A DNA stretch of 61,165 nt, filler included, from 4 parts of 4 records of this genome joined end to end with filler, not necessarily neighbours in it; one strand, 5' to 3'. Shown: positions 37,856 to 49,125, counted from the whole stretch's first letter. Notes: generated by a model from the sequence alone, not told the origin. Numbers and translations: made by a program.

Positions 37856-38358
37856 CTTCCGACCAAAAAAGGGACCTGTTCGCCGCCTGTCTCTTTCTTG
37901 CAATGAGCCTGATCGCGATTTTCTTTCTGATCCCACAGGGGGTCAAGGTGCCCGGTTCGATCAAAAGCGCCGCCCTATCGCCCGATTTTTGGCCCCGCAT
38001 TATCGCCTACGCCACCGCCTTGGCGTCGGGCTTCCTGCTGTTTGAAACACTGACATGGCAGCAACCTCAGCTCGAAGAGGACGAGACCGAGGAAAGCGCC
38101 CAGTATCAATTGAACACAATGCACGCCAGCCTGCGCGTCATTGCGATGATCGGGGCGCTGTTCTTCTTTTATGCCAGCCTGACGACACTGGGTGTGGTCG
38201 CCGCGTCGGTCGTTTTGATGTTCTCGATGATGCTCTTCTTTGGAGAGCGCAAAATCTGGCTCATCGCCATGCTGAGCCTCGGCATTCCCGTATTGCTGTA
38301 CGTTTTCTTCCGATTTGTTGCCAGCGTTCCCATCCCGCTTGGCATGTTCGGCAACTGA
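37852..38358 (+). CDS. TTT small membrane subunit TctB
   Basis: Four TM helices, SPDFWP, C-terminal VPIPLG; ATGA overlap. Confidence 0.85.
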   Translation: MTSDQKRDLFAACLFLAMSLIAIFFLIPQGVKVPGSIKSAALSPDFWPRIIAYATALASGFLLFETLTWQQPQLEEDETEESAQYQLNTMHASLRVIAMIGALFFFYASLTTLGVVAASVVLMFSMMLFFGERKIWLIAMLSLGIPVLLYVFFRFVASVPIPLGMFGN

Positions 38359-38371
38359 AAAGGACCCCCCA

Positions 38372-39877
38372 ATGGACGTCATTATCGAAGCCTTTTCGCT
38401 CTTTCTGAGTTGGCAGAATATTTTGGTTGTCGGGATCGGTGTTGCGATCGGCACAATCATCGGCGCAATCCCGGGCATGACGACGCCAATGGGGGTCGCG
38501 CTGGTCTTACCGTTTACCTTCACCATGCCGCCCGTGACCGGCATTCTTTTGCTGTTGGGGGTGTACAAGGGCGGCCTGTACGGCGGGTCTATTACAGCCA
38601 TTTTGATCAAGACGCCCGGAACCCCCGCAGCGTCTTGTACCGTTTTAGACGGATATCCGCTGACCCAAAAAGGCGACGCACGAAAGGCATTGGATATTGC
38701 GCTCTATTCGTCTTGCACGGCTGATCTGATCTCAAACATCTCGCTGATCCTGTTTGCCGGGGTCCTTGCCAGTGTTGCCTTGCAGTTTGGCCCGCCAGAG
38801 TTTTTCACCTTGATCGTGTTCTCGCTTACGATCATCGCCGGTGTTTCAGGACCCAGCCTGGCCAAAGGTGTCTTATCGGCCAGTCTTGGCTTGATGTTGG
38901 CGACCATGGGTCTGGATCTGGTGTACGGGACCGAACGGTTCATCTTTGGCAACTACCAACTGATGGCGGGGCTTAACTTTATCCCGGTGCTCATCGGTCT
39001 GTTCGCCCTGCCCGAGATCATCCATCGCACCACCCGACGCGCCCGCCCACCGGGCAGCCAGAAACAAAACCTTGGCCAAGGCGCGACCTTTGCCGATTAC
39101 CTGAGCGTCTTAAAATCGGTGGTGCGCGGCAGCATCTTTGGAGTCATCCTTGGGGCCATCCCCGGTATCGGCGGGGCACCTGCTGCGTTCCTGTCCTATT
39201 CCGAGGCGCGTCGCACATCTAAAAACCCCGAAAAATTCGGCAAAGGCTCTATCGAAGGTGTCGCCGCTGCCGAAGCTGGCAACAACGGCGTTGCAGGGGC
39301 AACAATGATCCCGCTGCTGGCGCTCGGCATTCCGGGTGACGTCATCACCGCCGTGATTCTTGGGGCATTTATGATCCATGGATTGCGCCCCGGCCCGATC
39401 CTGTTCGATCAAAACCTGCCGATGATTTATGCGCTCTTCATGGGCATTCTGCTCAGTTCGGCTTACTTGTTCTTTATCGGTAAGGTCGCGATCCGTTTCT
39501 TTAGCCGTATCGCCACAGTCCCGAACCGGATTCTCTATCCCATCGTGTTTATCCTGTGCGTTTATGGGGCCTATGCGGTGAACAACAACTTGTTCGACGT
39601 ACTGGTCATGTTGGTCATGGGTTTGGTCGGATATGCGATGCTGCGCCTTGATATTCCTGTCGCACCGTTCCTGATTGCCTATGTACTGGGGCCATTGCTC
39701 GAAGATAACTTTAGGCAATCCCTGCTGATTGCGGACGGCGACAACACCATCTTCTTCCGCAACATCATCTGCATCGGGTTCTGGATTTTGACCTGTCTGT
39801 CTATCTTTGTTCTGATCCGCAGCCGAATTCAGGCAGCACGGACAGGCAAGGCCTCTGTCTTGACGACGGGAGGGTGA
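38372..39877 (+). CDS. TTT large permease TctA
   Basis: GAIPG, YGGSITAILIKTPGTP, DGYP, EGVAAAEAGNN, LGIPG. Confidence 0.93.
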   Translation: MDVIIEAFSLFLSWQNILVVGIGVAIGTIIGAIPGMTTPMGVALVLPFTFTMPPVTGILLLLGVYKGGLYGGSITAILIKTPGTPAASCTVLDGYPLTQKGDARKALDIALYSSCTADLISNISLILFAGVLASVALQFGPPEFFTLIVFSLTIIAGVSGPSLAKGVLSASLGLMLATMGLDLVYGTERFIFGNYQLMAGLNFIPVLIGLFALPEIIHRTTRRARPPGSQKQNLGQGATFADYLSVLKSVVRGSIFGVILGAIPGIGGAPAAFLSYSEARRTSKNPEKFGKGSIEGVAAAEAGNNGVAGATMIPLLALGIPGDVITAVILGAFMIHGLRPGPILFDQNLPMIYALFMGILLSSAYLFFIGKVAIRFFSRIATVPNRILYPIVFILCVYGAYAVNNNLFDVLVMLVMGLVGYAMLRLDIPVAPFLIAYVLGPLLEDNFRQSLLIADGDNTIFFRNIICIGFWILTCLSIFVLIRSRIQAARTGKASVLTTGG

Positions 39878-39879
39878 TC

Positions 39880-41688
39880 ATGATCCGTGAACCAAACGAT
39901 CTTGGGCCGCATCTGTATGATTTCGCCGTCATCTCTGACACACACGTCAACCCGGATGAAACAACGTGCAACTCGCCGTTTCCTGTCAATGCACGGGCCA
40001 ATGCGCGATTTCGGCATGTGATTGCAGACCTCAATCAACGGGATGTGTCTTTTGTGGTGCATCTCGGGGATCTGTTGCATCCGGTGCCAGATACGGGCCC
40101 ACTTTATGCCCAAGCCGCCGCAACCTATCGCGAGATTGAACAGGATCTGGCGGCTCCAATTCACCATGTGCCCGGGAATCATGACATCGGCGATACCCCA
40201 GTCAAAGGGGCCCCGGCCAGCCCATCAACCGAACGTATGATTGCCGCCTGGACCCAAGAGTTTGGCGCCCAATATCAGGCCTTTACCCATGGCGATATCC
40301 GGTTCCTCTTGCTCAATGCACAGCTGATAAATTCTGACCTGCCTGACGAACAACGGCAAAAGGAGTGGCTGGAAGCCGAACTTTCACAGGCGCAATCCCG
40401 CGTCATGGTGATGCTGCATCACCCCGCTTATCTGTGCTTTCCCGATGAGCCATCCCACTATGACAACACAGATCCGCCGGGACGGGACTGGCTGCTTGAG
40501 CTTCTGAAACAGCATAAGGTTGAGGCGATGTTTTCAGGACATGCGCACAACTTTTGGTACGACCGATTTGGGCAAACCGATTACTATCTGGCGCCTGCAA
40601 CCAGCTTTGTCCGGCAGGATTATTCGGAAATGCTGCGGACTTGCCCACCAGCTGACAGCGAGGCAGGGCGCGACGACAAAGCCAAACTGGGCTATTTCAT
40701 CGTCTCTGTTTACGACAACGGCCACACCACGCAATTTGTCCGCACAAATGGGCAGGAATTGCCTTTGGGTGAAACCCCAACCGCGGCCAAACCCATTGCC
40801 CAAACACCAAGGGAAAACTCCGCACCAAGGCTAGGGTTTGATCTGCGCCAGAACTGGGCAGAAATCAGTGAAATCCCCCCATCGGGTGGTCTGGATGAAT
40901 TCGACCGAAAGCAGGCGCGCAACGACTATCCGCTGCTCGCATTGATCGAAATGGGCGTGCGAGACATCCGTATCCCGCTTTCTGACCTACGCGACCCAAT
41001 GCGGCGACAGCGATTGTCTGCCCTGTGTCACCTTGGGTTTCGCCCAACCCTGTTTAGTTTCGGCATCCCGACTGAAACGGATTTGAAGTTGATCGAAGCC
41101 TGCAAGGACTGCCTAGCCGATTGGGAAATGACGCTTGATTGGGACACCCACACATCCTTGCGCAACCAGATCTCAGACGCGCATCAGCGTACCGGCCTCC
41201 CGATCTATCTGTCGCGAATGCGGTCGAAAAAGGATTTACCAGCCGGGTCGCTCTATTTCCACGTCATCAACCATGGATTTTCACACGATGATCACGCGCA
41301 GCTGGACCAGCTGGCCAATTTAACACCCGCAGGTGTGGCCGGGGCTGTCTTCCGACTCTCTAATCACGCTCCGATTGCGGATACTCTGAGCCACATCGCG
41401 CGCGCTACAAAGGCGCGAAACATGCGCGGCGCGGTGCATATGCGGGTGGCCGGGGACAATCCGGCGATTGCACATGAAAACCACACCGAAACCTGTGACC
41501 GACTGGGCGAGGCCGTCAGAATTTTGCCCACGTTAGGGTCGATCCGTCTCTGGTGTGATACATTTGTAGATATCGATCGTGGCTACTTTCCCCGCCAAGG
41601 TGCGATTGACCGGAATGGCAATCCCAATCCACTGGCGCGGATAATCAAAGAGCTCCACCTGAAATCAGGTACACTCAACACCTCCTGA
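39880..41688 (+). CDS. Calcineurin-like metallophosphoesterase with C-terminal domain of unknown function
   Basis: SDTH, GD, GNHD, HH, GHAH motifs in the N-terminal half. Confidence 0.82.
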   Translation: MIREPNDLGPHLYDFAVISDTHVNPDETTCNSPFPVNARANARFRHVIADLNQRDVSFVVHLGDLLHPVPDTGPLYAQAAATYREIEQDLAAPIHHVPGNHDIGDTPVKGAPASPSTERMIAAWTQEFGAQYQAFTHGDIRFLLLNAQLINSDLPDEQRQKEWLEAELSQAQSRVMVMLHHPAYLCFPDEPSHYDNTDPPGRDWLLELLKQHKVEAMFSGHAHNFWYDRFGQTDYYLAPATSFVRQDYSEMLRTCPPADSEAGRDDKAKLGYFIVSVYDNGHTTQFVRTNGQELPLGETPTAAKPIAQTPRENSAPRLGFDLRQNWAEISEIPPSGGLDEFDRKQARNDYPLLALIEMGVRDIRIPLSDLRDPMRRQRLSALCHLGFRPTLFSFGIPTETDLKLIEACKDCLADWEMTLDWDTHTSLRNQISDAHQRTGLPIYLSRMRSKKDLPAGSLYFHVINHGFSHDDHAQLDQLANLTPAGVAGAVFRLSNHAPIADTLSHIARATKARNMRGAVHMRVAGDNPAIAHENHTETCDRLGEAVRILPTLGSIRLWCDTFVDIDRGYFPRQGAIDRNGNPNPLARIIKELHLKSGTLNTS

Positions 41689-41870
41689 CACCCGCCTCGC
41701 GGCCAACCATGGCTGCCCATTTGCCCTCACATCCGAGGTCTTGCAAAAAGTTTCGGCGAAATCCCGTTCAAATTCGGGGCTCGCTGCGCCCTGTACGATT
41801 GCGGATCGCACGCGGATAACGGATAGAATGCACAGACACCGATGAAACTGAGCGGATAGGGCAGCACACC

Positions 41871-43829
41871 ATGAGCAAAACCGAGTTTGGCAAAGGCTGC
41901 CATTTGCACTTGATCGATGGCTCAGCCTTCATTTTCCGTGCTTATCACGCGCTGCCGCCGCTGACGCGGAAATCCGACGGCCTGCCGATTGGCGCCGTGT
42001 CCGGCTTCTGCAACATGTTGCAACGCTATGTCGAAGGGAACCATGGCCCGGATGCCCCGACCCATGTCGCGGTCATCTTTGACAAGGGGTCACACACATT
42101 CCGCAACGACATGTATGACCTCTACAAAGCCAATCGCGAGGCAATGCCTGAGGACCTGCGCCCACAGATGCCTCTGACGCGGGAAGCGACCCACGCCTTC
42201 AACATCGCCTGCGAGGAAAAGGAAGGGTACGAGGCCGACGACATCATCGCGACCCTAGCTGTACAGGCGCGCGCGGCCGGTGGCCGTTGTACCATAATCA
42301 GTTCGGACAAAGACTTGATGCAATTGGTCGGTGACGGTGTCGAAATGTACGACGCGATGAAGAACAAACGCATCGACCGGGATGGAGTGTTCGAGAAATT
42401 CGGCGTGTTCCCTGACCGGGTCGTGGACGTGCAGGCGCTGGCCGGTGATAGCGTCGACAACGTGCCCGGCGCGCCCGGCATCGGCATCAAAACCGCCGCG
42501 TTATTAATCAACGAATACGGTGATCTGGAAAGCCTGCTGGATCGCGCCGAAGAGATCAAGCAACCCAAACGCCGCCAGACTTTGGTCGAAAAACGCGATC
42601 AGATCGAACTGTCCAAGCGGCTGGTTCAACTTGACGAAAAGACCCCGCTCGATTTCACGCTCGAGGATCTAGAAGTCCGTGACCCTGACCCAGACAAGTT
42701 GCTGGCCTTCCTTGCTGAGATGGAATTCCGCACCCTGACCAAGCGGATTGCGGATCAACTGGGCGCCGAAGCCCCCACCATCACCGAAAAGGTCGCCCCC
42801 GAAGCCGAGGCGGTCACTGTTACCGACATTCCGTTTGATGCCTCAAAATACGAGTGTGTGCGCGACGCCGCTGCGCTGCAAAAGTGGGTGGATCAGATCC
42901 GCGAACATGGCTGGGTCGCCGTGGATACCGAAACCACCGGCCTAAATGAAATGATCGTCGATCTGGTCGGCATTTCGCTTTGTGTTCAAGCCGGCACCGC
43001 CTGTTACATCCCCCTGACCCACCGCGATGGATCAGCAGACGATCTGTTTGGCTCGGATGAGCTGGCCGAGGGACAGATGCCGCTGAACGAGGCGCTCGAT
43101 ATCTTGAAACCCGTGCTTGAGGATCCCGCGATCCTGAAGATCGGGCAGAACATGAAATACGATTCCAAGATCTTCAAACGGTACGGCGTGTCCGTTGCCC
43201 CGATCGACGATACCATGCTGATGTCGTCGGCCATGCACGCCGGGGAACACGGCCATGGTATGGATACCCTGTCCGACCGATACCTGAACCACACGCCAAT
43301 CCCGATCAAACCCCTGTTGGGCAGCGGTAAATCCGCGATCACCTTTGACAAGGTGCCAATTGACGAGGCGACGGCCTATGCCGCTGAGGATGCCGATATC
43401 ACCTTGCGCCTGTGGCAGCATTTCAAGCCACAATTGCACCGCGCGCAGGTCACCACCGTCTATGAGACGCTGGAACGGCCACTGGTGCCTGTGTTGGCTG
43501 AAATGGAAATGCACGGTATCAAAGTCGACCGCGAGGTGCTCAGCCGTATGTCCAACGCGTTTGCCCAGAAGATGGCAGGGCTTGAGGCCGAGATACACGA
43601 GCTATCGGGTGAGACATTCAATGTCGGCTCGCCCGCGCAATTGGGCGAGATCCTGTTTGAAAAGATGGGGCTTGAGGGTGGCAAGAAAGGCAAAACCGGA
43701 AAATATTCAACCGGTGCTGATATCTTGGAAGATCTGGCAACCGAACATGAATTGCCCCGCCGGGTGTTGGATTGGCGTCAGCTGAGCAAGCTGAAATCAA
43801 CCTATACCGACGCGCTGCAAACCCACATC
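41871..43829 (+). CDS. polA: DNA polymerase I (3' truncated)
   Basis: LIDGSAFIFRAYHA, EADD, GIGIKTA, VDTETT, YAAEDAD, KLKSTY. Confidence 0.97.
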
Positions 43830-43929
43830 NNNNNNNNNNNNNNNNNNNNNNNNNNNNNNNNNNNNNNNNNNNNTTAATTAATTAANNNNNNNNNNNNNNN
43901 NNNNNNNNNNNNNNNNNNNNNNNNNNNNN
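43830..43929. other. Artificial contig spacer
   Basis: 100 bp N/TTAATTAATTAA/N. Confidence 0.98.
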
Positions 43930-43930
43930 C

Positions 43931-44794
43931 TGCAGCAAATACTGCACCTTCTGCGTGGTCCCCTATACCCGGGGCGAAGAAGTCTCCCGGCCGCTGGATG
44001 ACGTGATCGCAGAGATCGCCCACCTGGCCGCGGGCGGCGTGCGCGAGGTCAACCTGCTGGGCCAGAATGTGAATGCCTACCGTGGCGACAACCACCTCGC
44101 CGAGACCGTCGACTTCGCCGAGCTACTGGCCTACGTGGCCCGTATCCCCGGCATCGACCGCATCCGCTACACCACCTCCCACCCGGTGGAGTTCTCCGAC
44201 GCGCTGATCGACGCCTACGCGGAAATCCCCCAGCTGGTCGATCACCTGCACCTGCCGGTACAAAGTGGCTCGGATCGGGTTCTGGCGGCAATGAAGCGCG
44301 GTCACACGGTTCTTGAGTACAAGTCAAAAATCCGCCGCCTGCGCAAAATCCGTCCCGATATCAGCATCTCCTCGGATTTCATCATCGGCTTCCCCGGGGA
44401 AACCGAAGCGGACTTCGCCGCAACGATGAAACTGGTGGAGGAGATCGGCTTCGACACCTCGTTCAGTTTCGTCTACAGCGCCCGCCCGGGCACTCCCGCG
44501 GCGGATCTGCCGGACGCCACCGACGAAGCCACCAAGAAGCAGCGCCTGCAAATCCTGCAGACCCGGATCAACCAGCATGCCCAGGAGATCAGCCGGCGCA
44601 TGGTCGGTACCACCCAGCGCATTCTGGTTACCGGCGTCTCGAAAAAGGATCCGGGGCAGCTGCAGGGCCGTACCGAGAACAACCGGGTAGTGAATGTGCG
44701 CTGCGACGACCACAGCCTGATCGGTGAATTCGCGCTGGTGGAGATTGTCGAGGCCCTGCCGAACTCCCTCCGAGGCCGACTGGCGGCGGTTTGA
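43931..44794 (+). CDS. miaB: tRNA methylthiotransferase MiaB (5' partial)
   Basis: CSKYCTFC radical-SAM motif at the contig start, [18 protein letters not shown] end; upstream of ybeZ. Confidence 0.95.
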   Translation, partial: CSKYCTFCVVPYTRGEEVSRPLDDVIAEIAHLAAGGVREVNLLGQNVNAYRGDNHLAETVDFAELLAYVARIPGIDRIRYTTSHPVEFSDALIDAYAEIPQLVDHLHLPVQSGSDRVLAAMKRGHTVLEYKSKIRRLRKIRPDISISSDFIIGFPGETEADFAATMKLVEEIGFDTSFSFVYSARPGTPAADLPDATDEATKKQRLQILQTRINQHAQEISRRMVGTTQRILVTGVSKKDPGQLQGRTENNRVVNVRCDDHSLIGEFALVEIVEALPNSLRGRLAAV

Positions 44795-44858
44795 CTGCCC
44801 GGCATTACGGTATATCCTTGAACTTCCTGATGACAGCCCTCTGCGGCCACGAATCCAT

Positions 44859-45878
44859 TTGAACAGCGAATCCTCGGCCGACGCGTCGAACCAAATCAGC
44901 TTTACCCTGGAACCCAATGATGCACGTCACCTGGCCATGCTGTGTGGCCAGCTCGACGGGCATCTGCGCCAGATCGAACAGCGCCTTGGCATCCGCATCA
45001 ACGCCCGTGGCAACCAGTTCCTGCTTGCTGGCCCAGCGGTGAATATTGCCGCGGGCAGGGAACTGCTGATTCACCTGTATGCGGAAGTGTGCCAGGGCGT
45101 GGGGCTGAGCCCTGAGTCCCTGCACCTCCAGCTGCAACAGGCAGACGTGGAAACCCTCGCCCACCCGCAAGACGATGCCGGCGTGGAAACAATCCAGGTG
45201 ATCCGCACCAAGCGCGCCTCGATCAAACCCCGGGGCAAGAACCAGCAGGGCTATGTGCGCAGCATCAAGCACAGCGACATCAACTTCGGCGTCGGCCCGG
45301 CAGGTACCGGCAAGACCTTTCTCGCCGTGGCCTGCGCGGTAGAGGCGCTGCTGGAAGAGCGGGTACGTCGCATCCTGCTGGTGCGACCGGCGGTAGAAGC
45401 CGGCGAAAAGCTCGGCTTCCTGCCCGGCGACCTGAGCCAGAAAATCGATCCCTACCTGCGCCCGCTGTACGACGCGCTGTATGAAATGCTCGGTTTCGAG
45501 ACGGTCAACAAGTACATCGAACGCAACATCATCGAGGTGGCCCCGCTGGCCTTCATGCGCGGGCGCACGCTCAACAACGCATTCATCATTCTCGACGAGG
45601 CCCAGAATACGACCCGCGAGCAAATGAAGATGTTCCTCACCCGCATCGGCTTCGGCTCCACCGCCGTGGTCACCGGTGACGCAACCCAGATCGACCTGCC
45701 CAAGGGCATCCAGTCCGGGCTGACCCATGCCTCCCATATCCTGGAGGGCGTCGAGGGCATCGGCTTCACCTTTTTTGCCAACAAGGACGTGGTGCGCCAC
45801 CCCCTCGTCCAGCGGATCGTGGAGGCCTACGATGCACGCGAGGGCCAGGCTGCGGCCCTGGACCAGGGCAAGCGATGA
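44859..45878 (+). CDS. ybeZ: PhoH-like ATPase YbeZ
   Basis: GPAGTGKT, RPAVEAGEKLGFLPG, APLAFMRGRTL, DEAQN; TTG start inferred. Confidence 0.92.
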   Translation: MNSESSADASNQISFTLEPNDARHLAMLCGQLDGHLRQIEQRLGIRINARGNQFLLAGPAVNIAAGRELLIHLYAEVCQGVGLSPESLHLQLQQADVETLAHPQDDAGVETIQVIRTKRASIKPRGKNQQGYVRSIKHSDINFGVGPAGTGKTFLAVACAVEALLEERVRRILLVRPAVEAGEKLGFLPGDLSQKIDPYLRPLYDALYEMLGFETVNKYIERNIIEVAPLAFMRGRTLNNAFIILDEAQNTTREQMKMFLTRIGFGSTAVVTGDATQIDLPKGIQSGLTHASHILEGVEGIGFTFFANKDVVRHPLVQRIVEAYDAREGQAAALDQGKR

Positions 45879-46363
45879 TCCTGCAAGTGGACATCCAGAA
45901 TGCCAGCAACGAATCTGTTCCCGCCGACACTGAACTCCAGCGCTGGATCGGCGCTGCAGTCGCGGCTGCCCTGCCGGCCCGCGATTCAGCCTGTGAAGTC
46001 AGCCTGCGCCTGGTCGATGAAGCGGAGATGAGCACCCTCAACCAGACCTACCGGGGGCGACAGGGCCCCACCAACGTGCTGTCGTTTCCCTCTGACCTGC
46101 CGGCGGAACTGGACTTGCCACTACTCGGTGATGTCGCGATCTGCGCCCCGGTGGTACACCGTGAAGCGCGGGAACAGGGCAAGTCCGACGCCGCACACTG
46201 GGCCCACATGGCGGTGCACGGCACCTTGCATTTACTTGGCTATGACCACATCGAGGCGGCCGACGCGGACCTTATGGAAGCGTTGGAAACCCGCATTCTG
46301 CAACAACTGGGCTTTCCGCCCCCCTACAGCGATACCGCGCCTCAGGCGGGGCAGGCACTATGA
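45875..46363 (+). CDS. ybeY: rRNA maturation endoribonuclease YbeY
   Basis: TNVLSF, HGTLHLLGYDH. Confidence 0.96.
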   Translation: MILQVDIQNASNESVPADTELQRWIGAAVAAALPARDSACEVSLRLVDEAEMSTLNQTYRGRQGPTNVLSFPSDLPAELDLPLLGDVAICAPVVHREAREQGKSDAAHWAHMAVHGTLHLLGYDHIEAADADLMEALETRILQQLGFPPPYSDTAPQAGQAL

Positions 46364-47214
46364 ATCAGGACCGAAGTAACTCCGATAACGATGAACGAAG
46401 TTGGTTTGAGCGGCTGACCCAGCTCTTTTCCACCGAGCCGCACACCCGCGCGGACCTGGAAGATGTGCTGGCGCTGGCCGCCGAGCACGAGGTTATCGAC
46501 GATGATGCACGCAGCATCATGGAAGGCGCGATGCAGGTCAGCGACATGCAGGTGCGGGACATCATGATCCCGCGCGCGCAGATGATGATCATCAAGGCCG
46601 AAGCCTCGCTGCAGGAAATCATGCCCCAGATCATTCGCACCGCGCACTCCCGCTACCCGGTTATCGGCGAAAACCCGGACGATGTGCTCGGCATCCTGCT
46701 GGCGAAGGACCTGCTGCCACTACTGCTGGGCAAGGACGAAACCGACTTCGACATTCGCGAATTGCTGCGGCCCACGGTGGTTGTTCCGGAGAGCAAGCGG
46801 CTCAACGTGCTGCTGCGAGAGTTTCGCCAGAACCGCAATCACATGGCGATCGTCATCGACGAATACGGCGGCGTCGCGGGACTGGTCACCATCGAGGACG
46901 TGCTGGAGGAAATCGTCGGTGAGATCGAGGACGAGACGGACGCAGAGGAAGACCAGTTCATCCGCAAGATCACCGAAGAGGATTACTTCGTCAAGGCGCT
47001 GACCCCGATCGAGGACTTCAACGAACACTTCAAGTCGGGCTTCAGCGATGAGGAGTTCGACACCATTGGTGGCCTGGTCATCCAGGCGTTCGGCCACATG
47101 CCGGCACGCAACGAGGTCACCGTCATCGACAACTTCGAGTTCAAAGTCATCAATGCGGACCAGCGCAAGATTCACAGCCTGCGGATGCGGCCACTGGGTG
47201 ACCAGCCCCGGTGA
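46360..47214 (+). CDS. corC: CBS/CorC-domain protein CorC (YbeX)
   Basis: HSRYPV, HMAIVIDEYGG, TIEDVLEEIVGEIEDE. Confidence 0.94.
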   Translation: MNQDRSNSDNDERSWFERLTQLFSTEPHTRADLEDVLALAAEHEVIDDDARSIMEGAMQVSDMQVRDIMIPRAQMMIIKAEASLQEIMPQIIRTAHSRYPVIGENPDDVLGILLAKDLLPLLLGKDETDFDIRELLRPTVVVPESKRLNVLLREFRQNRNHMAIVIDEYGGVAGLVTIEDVLEEIVGEIEDETDAEEDQFIRKITEEDYFVKALTPIEDFNEHFKSGFSDEEFDTIGGLVIQAFGHMPARNEVTVIDNFEFKVINADQRKIHSLRMRPLGDQPR

Positions 47215-48752
47215 CCGCCGGGTCAGCCAGCGCTGACACCGATGACAGGCGGCTGAGGCCCCTGCTGGTCCTGCTGCTGGCACCGCTGGCCGGCGCCCTG
47301 CTCACGCTATCCCTCGCCCCCTTCGATATCTGGCCGGCCGGCATCGCCAGCCTGGCCATACTCGCCTACCTGCTCTGCGCCTGTGACAGCAAGGCAGCGC
47401 TGTGGCGCGGCTGGCTTTATGGCCTGGGCCTGTTCGGCAGCGGCGCTTCCTGGGTCTGGGTCAGCATTCACGTTTATGGTTATGCCAGTATCCCGCTGGC
47501 GACCCTGCTGACCGCCCTGTTCTGCGCCGGGCTGGCACTGCTGCACAGCCTGTTTGCCTGGTGCTATGTGCGCTGGGTGCGGCCGCTGCCGGGGGGCATG
47601 CTGCTGGGATTCGCGGTGTTGTGGGTACTGTTTGAATGGCTGCGCAGCTGGCTGCTCACCGGGTTTCCCTGGCTGTATGCAGGCTACGCACACCTAGATA
47701 CCTGGGCCGCAGGCTGGGCCCCGGTGCTCGGCGTTTACGGCCTGTCGCTGATCACCGCGCTGACCGCCAGCTGCCTGTTCCTCGGCTGGCGCAGCCGGCA
47801 GCTGGTGGCCATGACCACCTATGCCGGCATCATCGCCACCATGTGGCTGGGGGGCGCAATACTCAAACCCATCGAGTGGGTGGCCATCGCCAATGAGCAG
47901 CCGTTGTCGGTCGCCCTCTACCAGCCCAATATTCCCCAGGAGCGCAAGTGGGACCGGGCCTACTACCCGGAGATTCTTGCCCGCTACCGGGCAGTCATGC
48001 CCTCGCTGTACGGCAACGACATCATTCTCTGGCCGGAGGCTGCGATCCCCAACTACTACGACCGGGCGCAGGACTTCCTGGCACCGCTGGCGGCGCAGGC
48101 CGTGACCATGGAGTCCACCCTGATCACCGGCATCCCGGTACGCGAGGCGCCTGGCGAGATCCACAACAGTGTGGTCGCCCTTGGCCAGGGTAGCGGGGTT
48201 TATCACAAGCAGCACCTGGTACCCTTTGGTGAGTATGTGCCGCTGGAGAGCTGGCTGCGCGGGCTGATCGCATTCTTCGACCTGCCGATGTCCAGCTTCA
48301 GCCCCGGCGCCGCCGACCAGCCGCCGCTGCGCGCGGGAAATTTCCGGGTGGCACCCTTCATCTGCTACGAGATCGTCTACCCGGACCTGGTGGCAGCCGG
48401 AGCACGGCGCACCGACCTGCTGCTGACCATCAGCAACGACAGCTGGTTCGGGCGCTCCATCGGCCCGCTCCAGCACCTGCAGATGGCTCGTATGCGGGCG
48501 CTGGAGAACGGTCGCTACCTGATCCGCGGGACCAATAACGGGGTATCGGCAATTGTGGACCACCGGGGCCAGGTCGTGGCGTCAACCGCGCAATTCGAGG
48601 AAACAACCCTGGTGGGCAAGGCGGAAGTCATGCTGGGCAACACCCCGGCAGGCAGTTTCGGCAGCCTGCCGGTCATCATCAGCTGTGCGGCAATCCTGGG
48701 CCTGATGCTGCTGATGCAGCTGACCCTGTGGCGCTCGGAGCAGCCGGACTAG
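47211..48752 (+). CDS. lnt: Apolipoprotein N-acyltransferase
   Basis: TGFPW, WPEAA, KQHLVPFGEY, ICYE, NDSWFG. Confidence 0.96.
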   Translation: MTAGSASADTDDRRLRPLLVLLLAPLAGALLTLSLAPFDIWPAGIASLAILAYLLCACDSKAALWRGWLYGLGLFGSGASWVWVSIHVYGYASIPLATLLTALFCAGLALLHSLFAWCYVRWVRPLPGGMLLGFAVLWVLFEWLRSWLLTGFPWLYAGYAHLDTWAAGWAPVLGVYGLSLITALTASCLFLGWRSRQLVAMTTYAGIIATMWLGGAILKPIEWVAIANEQPLSVALYQPNIPQERKWDRAYYPEILARYRAVMPSLYGNDIILWPEAAIPNYYDRAQDFLAPLAAQAVTMESTLITGIPVREAPGEIHNSVVALGQGSGVYHKQHLVPFGEYVPLESWLRGLIAFFDLPMSSFSPGAADQPPLRAGNFRVAPFICYEIVYPDLVAAGARRTDLLLTISNDSWFGRSIGPLQHLQMARMRALENGRYLIRGTNNGVSAIVDHRGQVVASTAQFEETTLVGKAEVMLGNTPAGSFGSLPVIISCAAILGLMLLMQLTLWRSEQPD

Positions 48753-48759
48753 AGCAGCG

Positions 48760-49125
48760 CTACTTGCCCGGCGCGTCGAGCAGGAAGGCCTCCAGGCGCT
48801 TGTCGATGCCGAACACGTGGCGCGTCAGCCACTCGGTCAGGAAAACCCCGATAATCTCCCGAAACTGGGCATCGTACTCCTGGTCCTCTTCCAGCAAGCG
48901 GTCAATTTCGCCGCGAAACCAGTCATGGGCCTCCCGATGGGTTTTCCGCTCCGGGTAGTCAAGCGCACGCATGTAGGCTTCTTCCAGGGCGAAGTGGGTC
49001 TCGGTGTAATGCCGCAGCCGCTCAATCACGCCTGCCTCGGCCACCGGTTGCCGGATCTGGTCGAGGATATCGAACAGCACCTGATGCTGGGCGTCCTGCC
49101 AAAGTACGTCACTGGTTTTGCGCAT
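48760..49125 (-). CDS. Single-domain bacteriohemerythrin
   Basis: QH...HFALEE...HREAH...HVFGID iron-ligand pattern. Confidence 0.85.
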   Translation of the reverse strand: MRKTSDVLWQDAQHQVLFDILDQIRQPVAEAGVIERLRHYTETHFALEEAYMRALDYPERKTHREAHDWFRGEIDRLLEEDQEYDAQFREIIGVFLTEWLTRHVFGIDKRLEAFLLDAPGK

